Translations under genes and position numbers: made by a program | Virus record (IMG/VR): IMGVR_UViG_3300032328_000306 | Coordinates: 1 to 24,065 of that record | DNA length: 24,065 nt | Strand: one strand, 5' to 3' | Source of the DNA: a virus | Lineage: Duplodnaviria; Caudoviricetes | Notes under the pieces: generated by a model | The model's input: the letters and a program-made list of their open reading frames with translations, nothing else | What the model was told of the DNA's origin: nothing | Database searches by the model: none | Shown: one piece after another, positions 1-7,098 of the stretch | Layout: each line of letters begins with the position of its first letter | Numbering within the stretch: position 1 is the stretch's first letter

Positions 1-802
1 CTGCTGCTTCCATCGCAAGTAATGCGAATCTATTACGGAGCAACTGAATACCAAGTACATCATCAAACTGTCCACGTAGTTCACCATCAATAGATGGCTT
101 ACGTGCTACCACAACCATCATCTTGCCAAGCGGGTTTAATGCTTGAGAAAGAACTAGGTTATTTCTGCGCGGCACATAAATTACAGATTGGTCTTTATCG
201 TAATAACGAATCATTTCAATCTGTGCATTAAGGTCTTGTTTATAACCATCTGGTCCAAGAAGTTCTCTATCATACTCTGGAAACTGAGATACCAGTTCAC
301 CAAGTGTCATAGAGTACCGTTTAGCAAATGCCGTACAACGTCCATAGCGGTCAAACTCTGGGTAAGCCCCAATAGGATTTTCTATGCGGATACGTGGCAA
401 CTTTGCTTCATCGTCTAATTCAATTATGAATGGGACGAAACCATATGTAATGTACCAGTCGGCACCTGAGTACATTTGTACTGATAAATCTGAGTTCTGA
501 AAATAATTAGAAGCAATGCGAGTACGCTTATCAGCAAAGGTACGCGCTCTATCAGATACTTGATTGGCTGCAGAACAATTAATTGCTGGAAGCGGAGCCA
601 TAACTTCCGATAAATCGCGTGCAACAATGTCAATAAAGTTTGCTACTACGTTAGCATCAACACCTTCTGGAAAGAAGTTAGGATATACCTGAGCAATCTT
701 TCCTTTACGGACAGCAAGTACATCTAGATTGCGTGCATCACGCTCATGATTACGGTAACGTAAGGAATCAACCCGTGCCGTTACTTGCTCTATTGATAAC
801 AT
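1..802 (-). CDS. Portal protein, 5' part (runs off the window edge; missing from the ORF track)
   Basis: Manual translation from ATG at 802 is open to position 1: MLSIEQVTARVDSLRYRNHERDARNLDVLAVRKGKIAQVYPNFFPEGVDANVVANFIDIVARDLSEVMAPLPAINC...GELRGQFDDVLGIQLLRNRFALLAMEAA. The portal call rests on its position just downstream of the terminase. Confidence 0.8.
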   Translation of the reverse strand, partial: MLSIEQVTARVDSLRYRNHERDARNLDVLAVRKGKIAQVYPNFFPEGVDANVVANFIDIVARDLSEVMAPLPAINCSAANQVSDRARTFADKRTRIASNYFQNSDLSVQMYSGADWYITYGFVPFIIELDDEAKLPRIRIENPIGAYPEFDRYGRCTAFAKRYSMTLGELVSQFPEYDRELLGPDGYKQDLNAQIEMIRYYDKDQSVIYVPRRNNLVLSQALNPLGKMMVVVARKPSIDGELRGQFDDVLGIQLLRNRFALLAMEAA

Positions 803-809
803 TAAAACC

Positions 810-1124
810 TTATTTCTTTTTCTTTACTGGAACAGATTTTTGTTTTGCACTAACAGATTTAGAAGCAACGTTTGCAGCAAGTGATTGATTACCTTGAAGT
901 TTTGAACCGCTTTTTTTAGCATACTTAGCATATTGATTTACAAAACTATCATTTTGTTTTGCTACTTTATGAGATGGAGTTCCATATTTTTTTTCCCTAG
1001 CAATTGACTTTGCTTTACCAGTAGTAATACCTTTAGCACCTTTTTTTGCTGCTTGTGATGCTACCCTTTTTGCAACGGCACGAACTGCCCCACCTGCTAT
1101 TAAACCTATAATTGGTACTACCAT
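810..1124 (-). CDS. Small, very basic (Lys/Ala-rich) protein between terminase and portal
   Basis: Likely start is the ATG at 1124 (MVVPIIGLIAGG...), with AGGA upstream and no overlap with terL. 104 aa, Lys-rich, ending in KKKK. Confidence 0.75.
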   Translation of the reverse strand: MVVPIIGLIAGGAVRAVAKRVASQAAKKGAKGITTGKAKSIAREKKYGTPSHKVAKQNDSFVNQYAKYAKKSGSKLQGNQSLAANVASKSVSAKQKSVPVKKKK

Positions 1125-1132
1125 ATTAATTC

Positions 1133-3022
1133 CTATCCATAAGTGTCTTGCCATTGCTCAGCAAAGGCTTCGTCTAAGTTGATTGCGTATCTATTATTAA
1201 TTTGTGCTTGAGTAGCCCAACGATTGTTGGCATACATTGAAGTTCTACTACCTGTCTGCATAAGTTCACGGATACGTATAACCGCAAACCATAAAGCCAT
1301 AACACAGTCAGTCTTACCTCTGGTCTCAGGCTTCCATGTAAGTAGTTGCTGAGTAAGAGACTTAATACCCTCAGACCCATCGGATGAAGGTAATTCTATA
1401 ATGTTGTTCTTTTGGAACTTCTCATCACGGACTGTTCCAAAGAGGTTAGACATTGAAGCAACGCCAAACGAAGTGTCCCATTTGTTCTTCCCTGTGAAGT
1501 GTGCGTCAAGGCGTACACCGTATGAAGCAAGCCAGTTTCGTAAGTCTTCGTCAAGGGAGTAGGCTTTTTGGTGAGCGTTGATTTCAACTCTAAACTCTTG
1601 TGGTTTATATCGTATTGTAAGTTCTTCAATTGTCGCCCTAATCTTTTGTGGTGTTGGTTCACTCATGTTGATACAATCAACCACATAAATCTTTCCATCT
1701 GCTCTGTTGTATGTTGCTACAACAAACGCAGCGTTACCCGCCATAGCAGGGTCAAATCCAATTATAGTATGACCTTCTACATGAGGAGGATGTCCAGCAA
1801 CACCAGGTCTTAGTGCGCCTCGTTTTCGCATCCCATTAGTCGCCCCTTGCACCAGCACGGGTGGGAAGATTGAATCTTCTTGGATGTCTTCTTGTTGGTA
1901 GACAAGTGCCCATGTTGATGGAGTGACTTCGCTACGACGCTTAAATAAGGCTTCACCATCCCACTTTGGATAGTAGCCGTTTTCATTGGGGGTGTCATCA
2001 TCGCCGTCCCATGGGACATCTGATTCAGCCCAGAGGGTAACCCAGTCTTTCGGGTTATCGTTATACTCAAGGACGGCAGGCATGCCCATATATGTGAAAG
2101 GCGTTTTGCCACCAGACCAGTGCTTCGGATTACGAAGTTCTTTATATAAATCATTTGCTGCAATTCGTGTCCCTACTACTAGCAGTTTACCGTTTTTACC
2201 TAGACGGGTAATAACTTCCTTCTGCAACCAGTCCATCTGCTTTTCCCACTCATGGGCGTTGGCAGTAGTAATACAGTCATCAAGAATAATCAGGTCAGCA
2301 CGGGCACCGTAAATCTGACCACCCATACCTAGCGCCTGAAGGGTAGGGTCCTTTTCGCTAGAGTTACGCGCATCGCCCCCAAGGTAGACAGTATCGGTTC
2401 GCCAAGTATCAGCGTCCCCTTTCCAGCCGCCCTCTGGACCGAATGCGGTCTGCAGTTTGAGCCAACGTGGATGGGACAGTCGTTGCTTAATAGCGTATAC
2501 GAACTCGCGAGCCTTATTCAATGTCTTTGAAACCACAATGATGCGGATGTTAGGATTGAGGGCAATGCGGTAAGTTGAGTAGTTCACCGTGATGACGGTG
2601 GATTTAGCGTGCTCGGGAGGAACGTTCACCAATAGGCGGTTCAACTCACCAGGCTCGTAAATCATATTAGGGTGTAGCCACGAAGGCTCATACCCCTCAA
2701 GTAGGTCTACCCAGTCCTGATGGTGTGGGAAGACCTGCTGGTCTAAAAATGCTAATGAGAAGTCCGAGAACTCAATGGACTCTTTCTCCACACCCAGTTC
2801 AGTAAAGGCTGACTTCTGTCCCTCTTTTTTTGCCTCTTCTAAGGCACGCGCAAACTCGGGGTCTCGCGCCATCCAAGCCCTTATAGTATCTGGCTTCTTG
2901 TTTTCTTTTGCCATTGCGGCGGGAATGGGAAGCCCAGCCCGCACACTCTCAAGGACATTTGCCTTGGCTAATGCAAGCCCCTTGGCAAGGTGGTGGTCGC
3001 CCCCACTCTTAAATCCTGACAT
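1133..3022 (-). CDS. terL: Terminase large subunit with an N-terminal helical/HTH-like extension
   Basis: 629 aa. Walker A variant VNVPPEHAKST, Walker B ADLIILDD, motif VVGTR, RNase H-like nuclease motifs IIGFDPA and KTDCVMA. Confidence 0.93.
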   Translation of the reverse strand: MSGFKSGGDHHLAKGLALAKANVLESVRAGLPIPAAMAKENKKPDTIRAWMARDPEFARALEEAKKEGQKSAFTELGVEKESIEFSDFSLAFLDQQVFPHHQDWVDLLEGYEPSWLHPNMIYEPGELNRLLVNVPPEHAKSTVITVNYSTYRIALNPNIRIIVVSKTLNKAREFVYAIKQRLSHPRWLKLQTAFGPEGGWKGDADTWRTDTVYLGGDARNSSEKDPTLQALGMGGQIYGARADLIILDDCITTANAHEWEKQMDWLQKEVITRLGKNGKLLVVGTRIAANDLYKELRNPKHWSGGKTPFTYMGMPAVLEYNDNPKDWVTLWAESDVPWDGDDDTPNENGYYPKWDGEALFKRRSEVTPSTWALVYQQEDIQEDSIFPPVLVQGATNGMRKRGALRPGVAGHPPHVEGHTIIGFDPAMAGNAAFVVATYNRADGKIYVVDCINMSEPTPQKIRATIEELTIRYKPQEFRVEINAHQKAYSLDEDLRNWLASYGVRLDAHFTGKNKWDTSFGVASMSNLFGTVRDEKFQKNNIIELPSSDGSEGIKSLTQQLLTWKPETRGKTDCVMALWFAVIRIRELMQTGSRTSMYANNRWATQAQINNRYAINLDEAFAEQWQDTYG

Positions 3023-3436
3023 TGTTATCCCGTCCTGTAAGCATAGTTGTCCCGCCTATAACAGACAGTTTGTACAGTAGTTTGTAACAGATGTGAGTAA
3101 GGCTCTAAAAAGACTTACGAACTATTTTAGTCTCTATATATACTTAACCTGTCCAAACAGGTAAAACGGACTGTTTTGTACAAAACTATTTATTACTTGA
3201 TAGAAATAGATAACTAACTAGCCCCTGTCACTATACCGACAGAAATATATGGGTAGAGATACAATACATATAACCCTCGCACATTAACATAGTCGGGGTC
3301 ATAACTGTCTAAAACAGAGATACTGTAGTCAGTTTGTACTACAGGAGTGCCTGTCTGTAGAGAGACTATCTCCCCGTCAGACAGGGGGAGCCTGTATCTA
3401 CTGGTTAACTAAATAATATATCTACAGGCTACTGAT
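3023..3436. promoter_or_regulatory. Non-coding divergent control region rich in palindromes and short repeats (possible late promoter, pac/terminus or origin)
   Basis: No credible ORF. Perfect palindrome GTTTTGTACAAAAC (3173-3186), ACCTGT-CCAA-ACAGGT (3147-3162), CTGTAGT-N8-ACTACAG (3323-3344), and AGTTTGTA at 3067, 3079 and 3331. It sits between the leftward and rightward arms. Confidence 0.6.
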
Positions 3437-3501
3437 ATAACACACCAGTCAAGTAGATGAAAAGACTCTACTTGACAGGCGTGTCGGTCTGTATTCTGTA
3501 A
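3437..3501 (+). promoter_or_regulatory. Promoter-like stem-loop element, copy 1
   Basis: Arms ACACACCAGTCAAGTAGA (3440-3457) and TCTACTTGACAGGCGTGT (3467-3484) pair at 16/18, loop TGAAAAGAC. TTGACA lies in the right arm and TATTCT follows 14 nt later. The element is upstream of an AGGAG RBS. Confidence 0.75.
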
Positions 3502-3536
3502 TCAGATTGATTATGAATTATAGATAGGAGATGATT

Positions 3537-3662
3537 ATGTTAGATGCTTATGCTCCGTACAATGTTGTTCATTGTGATTGGTGTGATAAGAAAACCCTAT
3601 GCCGTAGCATGTTCAACGGCGATGTGTGGGTATTGTCTATATGTAAGGGGTGCGACAAATGA
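3537..3662 (+). CDS. Cys-rich microprotein (41 aa, zinc-ribbon-like)
   Basis: AGGAG RBS. MLDAYAPYNVVHCDWCDKKTLCRSMFNGDVWVLSICKGCDK contains two CxxC pairs. Confidence 0.7.
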   Translation: MLDAYAPYNVVHCDWCDKKTLCRSMFNGDVWVLSICKGCDK

Positions 3663-3811
3663 TGTGTAACTGTAAGTATCCAGTTGATATGGTTAGCGCG
3701 TTTGAACGCGGGCTAACCGATAAAGAATGTGTGCTCCATGTGTGGTGTGCTCATGAGCATTGGGATGTATGTACCGAATGTGGTATCGATTTAGAAAGGA
3801 TAGGGAAGTAA
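3659..3811 (+). CDS. Cys/His-rich microprotein (50 aa)
   Basis: ATGA overlap with the previous gene. MMCNCKYPVDMVSAFERGLTDKECVLHVWCAHEHWDVCTECGIDLERIGK. Confidence 0.65.
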   Translation: MMCNCKYPVDMVSAFERGLTDKECVLHVWCAHEHWDVCTECGIDLERIGK

Positions 3812-3814
3812 AGA

Positions 3815-3880
3815 ATAACATGCCAGTAAAGCAGGTTAAAAGAGCCCTGCTTGACAGGCATGTGAGTCTATATGCTGTAA
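3815..3880 (+). promoter_or_regulatory. Promoter-like stem-loop element, copy 2
   Basis: Arms ACATGCCAGTAAAGCAGG (3818-3835) and CCTGCTTGACAGGCATGT (3846-3863) pair at 16/18, loop TTAAAAGAGC. TTGACA-N14-TATGCT. The 3' 31 nt are 26/31 identical to copy 1. Confidence 0.75.
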
Positions 3881-3956
3881 GACGAAACAGGGACAGTTTA
3901 GAGAGTGTTCTAGTCCAATGTCGAAAGTAAGAACTCTCACCTACAAAGGAGATACA

Positions 3957-4142
3957 GTGCTAACAACTAAAGACCTAGAAGAAGGACTAGCAAGCATGAA
4001 TCAGTCCATCAAAAACGCACCACCAGAAATAGCAATACGACTAGACATTATGGCTGTATTGCTAATGAGACTAATAGATATAAGCAAAGCCAAAGAAGAA
4101 TTACAGGAGCACATCATACTACAAACAAGGAGAGCACTATGA
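3957..4142 (+). CDS. Hypothetical helical protein
   Basis: GTG at 3957 follows AAGGAG, which is a better start than 3918. ATGA overlap with the next gene. Confidence 0.65.
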   Translation: MLTTKDLEEGLASMNQSIKNAPPEIAIRLDIMAVLLMRLIDISKAKEELQEHIILQTRRAL

Positions 4143-4678
4143 GCGAACAGCAAGGCATACGCGTAGAAAATCACTGCTACGAGTGTATGGTTATAGCAAG
4201 GGATGTTGCCGAAGGCTTCACCTTCAGCAAGTGTCAGACCTGCCAAGACAACGAAGAAGCACAAGCCGATAACAAGGCTTGGAATCTACATGAAAACGAC
4301 AGGCTATGGGAACCCAACCCTATGTCATACAATACAAGCGATGAACCCAGTGCTAGTGACTGGGTTTCATCACAAACGATAAGCCAACCAGCAAGGAGTA
4401 AGCCAATGTTCAAAGAGATATGGGATGAAGAGAAGTTCCACCTGATAGAACTATCTGTAAAGTTTCTCGACCCTGACGAACCCCACCTGTTCCGCAATGA
4501 GTTCACCCCACCGATTGCGCAACTCATGGACGGCGGAGTTCACGAAGAATTATGGGAACTAGAAGATTACACGCAACTACAACGTGAGAAAGAGTGCCAA
4601 TGGTGTCACATACTTACACCAAAGATATTCAACGACTGTCAATCATGCGACAAGCCGTTGGAGAACAACTTAATATAA
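4139..4678 (+). CDS. Hypothetical acidic protein with N- and C-terminal CxxC-CxxC zinc ribbons
   Basis: CYEC..CQTC near the N-terminus and CQWC..CQSC near the C-terminus. AGGAG RBS. Confidence 0.75.
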   Translation: MSEQQGIRVENHCYECMVIARDVAEGFTFSKCQTCQDNEEAQADNKAWNLHENDRLWEPNPMSYNTSDEPSASDWVSSQTISQPARSKPMFKEIWDEEKFHLIELSVKFLDPDEPHLFRNEFTPPIAQLMDGGVHEELWELEDYTQLQREKECQWCHILTPKIFNDCQSCDKPLENNLI

Positions 4679-4684
4679 AAATAA

Positions 4685-4720
4685 CAGGGTTCCCCTGTCC
4701 TTCTGACAGGGGTAACCCTG
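4685..4720. other. Intergenic hairpin upstream of the SSB-like gene
   Basis: CAGGGTTCCCCTGTC-CTTCT-GACAGGGGTAACCCTG gives 15 bp with a single bulge and no U-tract. Confidence 0.7.
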
Positions 4721-4753
4721 ACCAACTAACTACTAAAAAGAAAAGAGAAAGAA

Positions 4754-5110
4754 ATGATACAGAATACGTTAACAGTTAGTGGCTCCATCAAGGCGTTCAC
4801 TGATAAGTCAATCAAAACCAACGAATACGGTACATCAGTAATCGGTTGGATTAACCAGCGTGATGTCGCTCGCATGAGCAACGGAGATGCTATCGGAAAC
4901 CCTAAATACATCGTAGGTGTAGGGTTCAAGGCTACAGACCCAGCGATTGTTGCTGAACTAGTAGCACTAGACCAAGCACGACAAGGACAAGCAGAAACAC
5001 CAACCGTTACACTGACGGGACGCTTGACCCAATGGGTTGCTAAGTCAAAAACTGGCGGAGCAGATGAGTTCCGCTACCAACTAGAAGTACACGCCATCGA
5101 GCGTAACTAA
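4754..5110 (+). CDS. Putative OB-fold single-stranded DNA-binding protein (divergent, no acidic tail)
   Basis: N-terminal NTLTVSG and C-terminal VTLTGRLTQW..KTGG..RYQLEVHAIE follow the SSB/PriB beta-strand pattern. Confidence 0.55.
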   Translation: MIQNTLTVSGSIKAFTDKSIKTNEYGTSVIGWINQRDVARMSNGDAIGNPKYIVGVGFKATDPAIVAELVALDQARQGQAETPTVTLTGRLTQWVAKSKTGGADEFRYQLEVHAIERN

Positions 5111-5117
5111 TACAAAC

Positions 5118-5163
5118 ATCAGGTGGGTGGGGAGTAAAACCCTCACCTGCCTGATATTTTTTT
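5118..5163 (+). terminator. Rho-independent terminator
   Basis: ATCAGGTGGGTGGGG / CCTCACCTGCCTGAT form a 15-bp stem with 3 G-U pairs, followed by ATTTTTTT. Confidence 0.85.
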
Positions 5164-5228
5164 CACCCAACCATGTAACCTCGATGGACTCTTACAAGTC
5201 CACAATAATTTTATAAGGAGACAACAAC

Positions 5229-5405
5229 ATGTATCTATCTAGTGGAGATATGATTGCTATTTTTATAGCATTAGTTTCATCTATGGCGCTACTATTTATA
5301 GTAACGTTTGCTAACATACACCTGCTAAATGAAAATAGATTTTTGAAAAGCAGACTACGAGCATGGCGTAAGTCATGCCAAAATCATGTGGAAGTACCAT
5401 TCTAA
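5229..5405 (+). CDS. Small single-TM membrane protein (58 aa)
   Basis: TAAGGAG RBS. MYLSSGDMIAIFIALVSSMALLFIVTFANIHLLNENRFLKSRLRAWRKSCQNHVEVPF. TAATG coupling to the next gene. Confidence 0.75.
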   Translation: MYLSSGDMIAIFIALVSSMALLFIVTFANIHLLNENRFLKSRLRAWRKSCQNHVEVPF

Positions 5406-5602
5406 TGCCTAAATATAATATAACAGTTGAACTAGTAGGACATGACGGTAACGCCTTTGCTATTATGGGAAGAGTATCACATGCCCTTAAAGAAGCAGGC
5501 GCAGGCAAAGAAGAAATAGACCAGTACATGAACGAGTCTATGTCAGAAGACTACGACAACTTATTACGAGTAGCAATGGAATGGGTAGACGTACCATTAT
5601 GA
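5405..5602 (+). CDS. Conserved small phage hypothetical protein (VGHDGNAFAIMGRV motif)
   Basis: Start at 5405 through the TAATG overlap. A G-x-D-G-N-A-F motif of this kind recurs in small phage proteins. Confidence 0.75.
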   Translation: MPKYNITVELVGHDGNAFAIMGRVSHALKEAGAGKEEIDQYMNESMSEDYDNLLRVAMEWVDVPL

Positions 5603-5706
5603 TGTCATTCGTTATAGTATGTATGTCATGTTGGAAGCCAACCAAACATGATGCTTTAGAAACTAGTAAAGGATTAGTCTGCGATAAATGTAACGCAGAC
5701 TTATAA
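5599..5706 (+). CDS. Zinc-ribbon microprotein (35 aa)
   Basis: ATGA overlap. MMSFVIVCMSCWKPTKHDALETSKGLVCDKCNADL. Confidence 0.65.
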   Translation: MMSFVIVCMSCWKPTKHDALETSKGLVCDKCNADL

Positions 5707-5720
5707 CAAAGGAGAATACT

Positions 5721-5996
5721 ATGATGGCTGATGTATTGTATATCAAAGACAGTTACGTTGATGTGATACTAATAGCAGAACATTTCGTAATGGTCACTAC
5801 AATTGAAGTAGACAACAACTCAACCCAAGATGAGATAGAAACTATGGTATGGAATAGACTAACCGCAGAGTATGGAGTAGATTGGGTTGATACAACTAAA
5901 GAATTTGTTAAAAGAATATCTATCGAAGTAGTACCACAACCTACTATCAATGACATAATGAAATCACTATCAGAAGAAGAGATAAATAATGAATAA
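5721..5996 (+). CDS. Hypothetical acidic protein
   Basis: AAGGAG RBS and a 91-aa ORF within the operon. Confidence 0.7.
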   Translation: MMADVLYIKDSYVDVILIAEHFVMVTTIEVDNNSTQDEIETMVWNRLTAEYGVDWVDTTKEFVKRISIEVVPQPTINDIMKSLSEEEINNE

Positions 5997-6159
5997 TATA
6001 AATGACATTATCAACTATCTTCTTAGTTCACAAGAAGATATACTTGAAGCAATTAGTGAGTACCCTAAAGAAGAATCACCCGACCATCTAGAAGGTCAAC
6101 TATTTGCCGTAGATGAAATGCTAAGTTACCTAAGAGAACTAAGAGATAACAATGAGTGA
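5989..6159 (+). CDS. Hypothetical acidic microprotein (56 aa)
   Basis: MNNINDIINYLLSSQEDILEAISEYPKEESPDHLEGQLFAVDEMLSYLRELRDNNE, with 8-nt overlaps on both sides. Confidence 0.65.
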   Translation: MNNINDIINYLLSSQEDILEAISEYPKEESPDHLEGQLFAVDEMLSYLRELRDNNE

Positions 6160-6283
6160 GCCACAAGTTGATGACCCTACTGCACGCGGAGAAAATGACG
6201 AGTGCGAAGATTGCGGATGCTTTATCTTTGAATGTGTGTGCGGAGCACCCGATGAAATGTACGGAGAAATGCACGAAGATTAA
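6152..6283 (+). CDS. Acidic Cys-rich microprotein (43 aa)
   Basis: MSEPQVDDPTARGENDECEDCGCFIFECVCGAPDEMYGEMHED. Its stop codon is part of the next RBS (TAAGGAG). Confidence 0.65.
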   Translation: MSEPQVDDPTARGENDECEDCGCFIFECVCGAPDEMYGEMHED

Positions 6284-6292
6284 GGAGTAAAT

Positions 6293-6724
6293 ATGGATTC
6301 AAGTATAAAGAAATACCTAGCAGTAGGTAGTAGTATGATACTAACAACTGCAACTCTATTCGGTATACCTTTTAAAGCATACGCTCACAAGATACATGAA
6401 CAAGCATGTATCAATGAAAGTCTGCCTAAAGTATGGAACAAACATACTGCTAAAACATATGCATATGCCTACATGTCTATGACATACCCATCATGGGGTA
6501 GAAGTGAGTGGCGTGCACTAGTAAAACTTTGGGGTAAAGAGTCAGCATGGGACCACACTGCTGACAATCCTACCTCGTCAGCATATGGTATAGCGCAAGT
6601 TCTTAATACAAAACCTGGTACTCCAGCCCCTCTCCAAATTGAGAAGGGGCTGTCGTATATATTTCATAGATATGACAAGCCTTCAATCGCTTGGTCACAT
6701 TGGAGAAAGCATAGGTGGTATTGA
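6293..6724 (+). CDS. Secreted lytic transglycosylase (SLT/lysozyme-like domain)
   Basis: Signal-peptide-like N-terminus ending in AYA. Catalytic motif KESAW..ADNPTSSAYGIAQ, then QIEKGLSYI..RY and a C-terminal WY typical of actinobacterial SLT-like proteins. Confidence 0.85.
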   Translation: MDSSIKKYLAVGSSMILTTATLFGIPFKAYAHKIHEQACINESLPKVWNKHTAKTYAYAYMSMTYPSWGRSEWRALVKLWGKESAWDHTADNPTSSAYGIAQVLNTKPGTPAPLQIEKGLSYIFHRYDKPSIAWSHWRKHRWY

Positions 6725-6882
6725 TGAAGAATTACTATACAATACAGTGTGAAATAGAAGTAGAAGCAAGTGACGATGACATGGCACTGGCTTTACTGTT
6801 AGACACAATAGGATTCAGTGGATTTACAATGGTCCGCTGGATAGATACCCAACTATCAGAAAGAGAGAACGTAAATGAATGA
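6724..6882 (+). CDS. Hypothetical microprotein (52 aa)
   Basis: TGATG coupling. MKNYYTIQCEIEVEASDDDMALALLLDTIGFSGFTMVRWIDTQLSERENVNE. Confidence 0.65.
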   Translation: MKNYYTIQCEIEVEASDDDMALALLLDTIGFSGFTMVRWIDTQLSERENVNE

Positions 6883-7096
6883 CACATACAAAGTAGTACA
6901 TACAGTTAAACTAGTAACTGAGTTTAATCTCAATCACCCATCTGCGCGTGTAGTTACTGCTATATCACCTGAACAAGCAGAAGAACTATGCCGTAAGGCA
7001 TTCATTGGTATGGCAACAAACCAAGGTTGGCTAACACAAGCCAACGAAAATGGTGGTACTTGGGCATACCTACGCTTCGCTGAAGACGGAGAGTAA
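6875..7096 (+). CDS. Hypothetical protein
   Basis: 73-aa ORF tiling the operon, preceded by a purine-rich RBS. Confidence 0.7.
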   Translation: MNDTYKVVHTVKLVTEFNLNHPSARVVTAISPEQAEELCRKAFIGMATNQGWLTQANENGGTWAYLRFAEDGE

Positions 7097-7098
7097 TC

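Noticed and set aside
188-3080. Plus-strand and alternative-frame ORFs in the track (188-418, 424-633, 1174-1380, 1396-1662, 1568-1813, 1810-2163, 1986-2312, 2775-3080)
   Set aside because: They are shadow ORFs overlapping the portal and terminase genes, with no recognisable motifs.
3096-3118. Possible third, degenerate copy of the promoter hairpin (GTAAG-GCTCTAAAAAGA-CTTAC)
   Set aside because: It has only a 5-bp stem and a shared AAAAGAC, with no TTGACAGG, which is too weak to call.
3437-3880. E1/E2 as a mini CRISPR array or as intrinsic terminators
   Set aside because: There are only two diverged copies about 378 bp apart with genes between them, and no U-tract follows the stems.
3147-3890. 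CTGT-Nx-ACAG dyads as LexA/SOS boxes
   Set aside because: The spacing varies (4, 5, 8, 10 nt), and actinobacterial LexA recognises GAAC-N4-GTTC-type sites instead.
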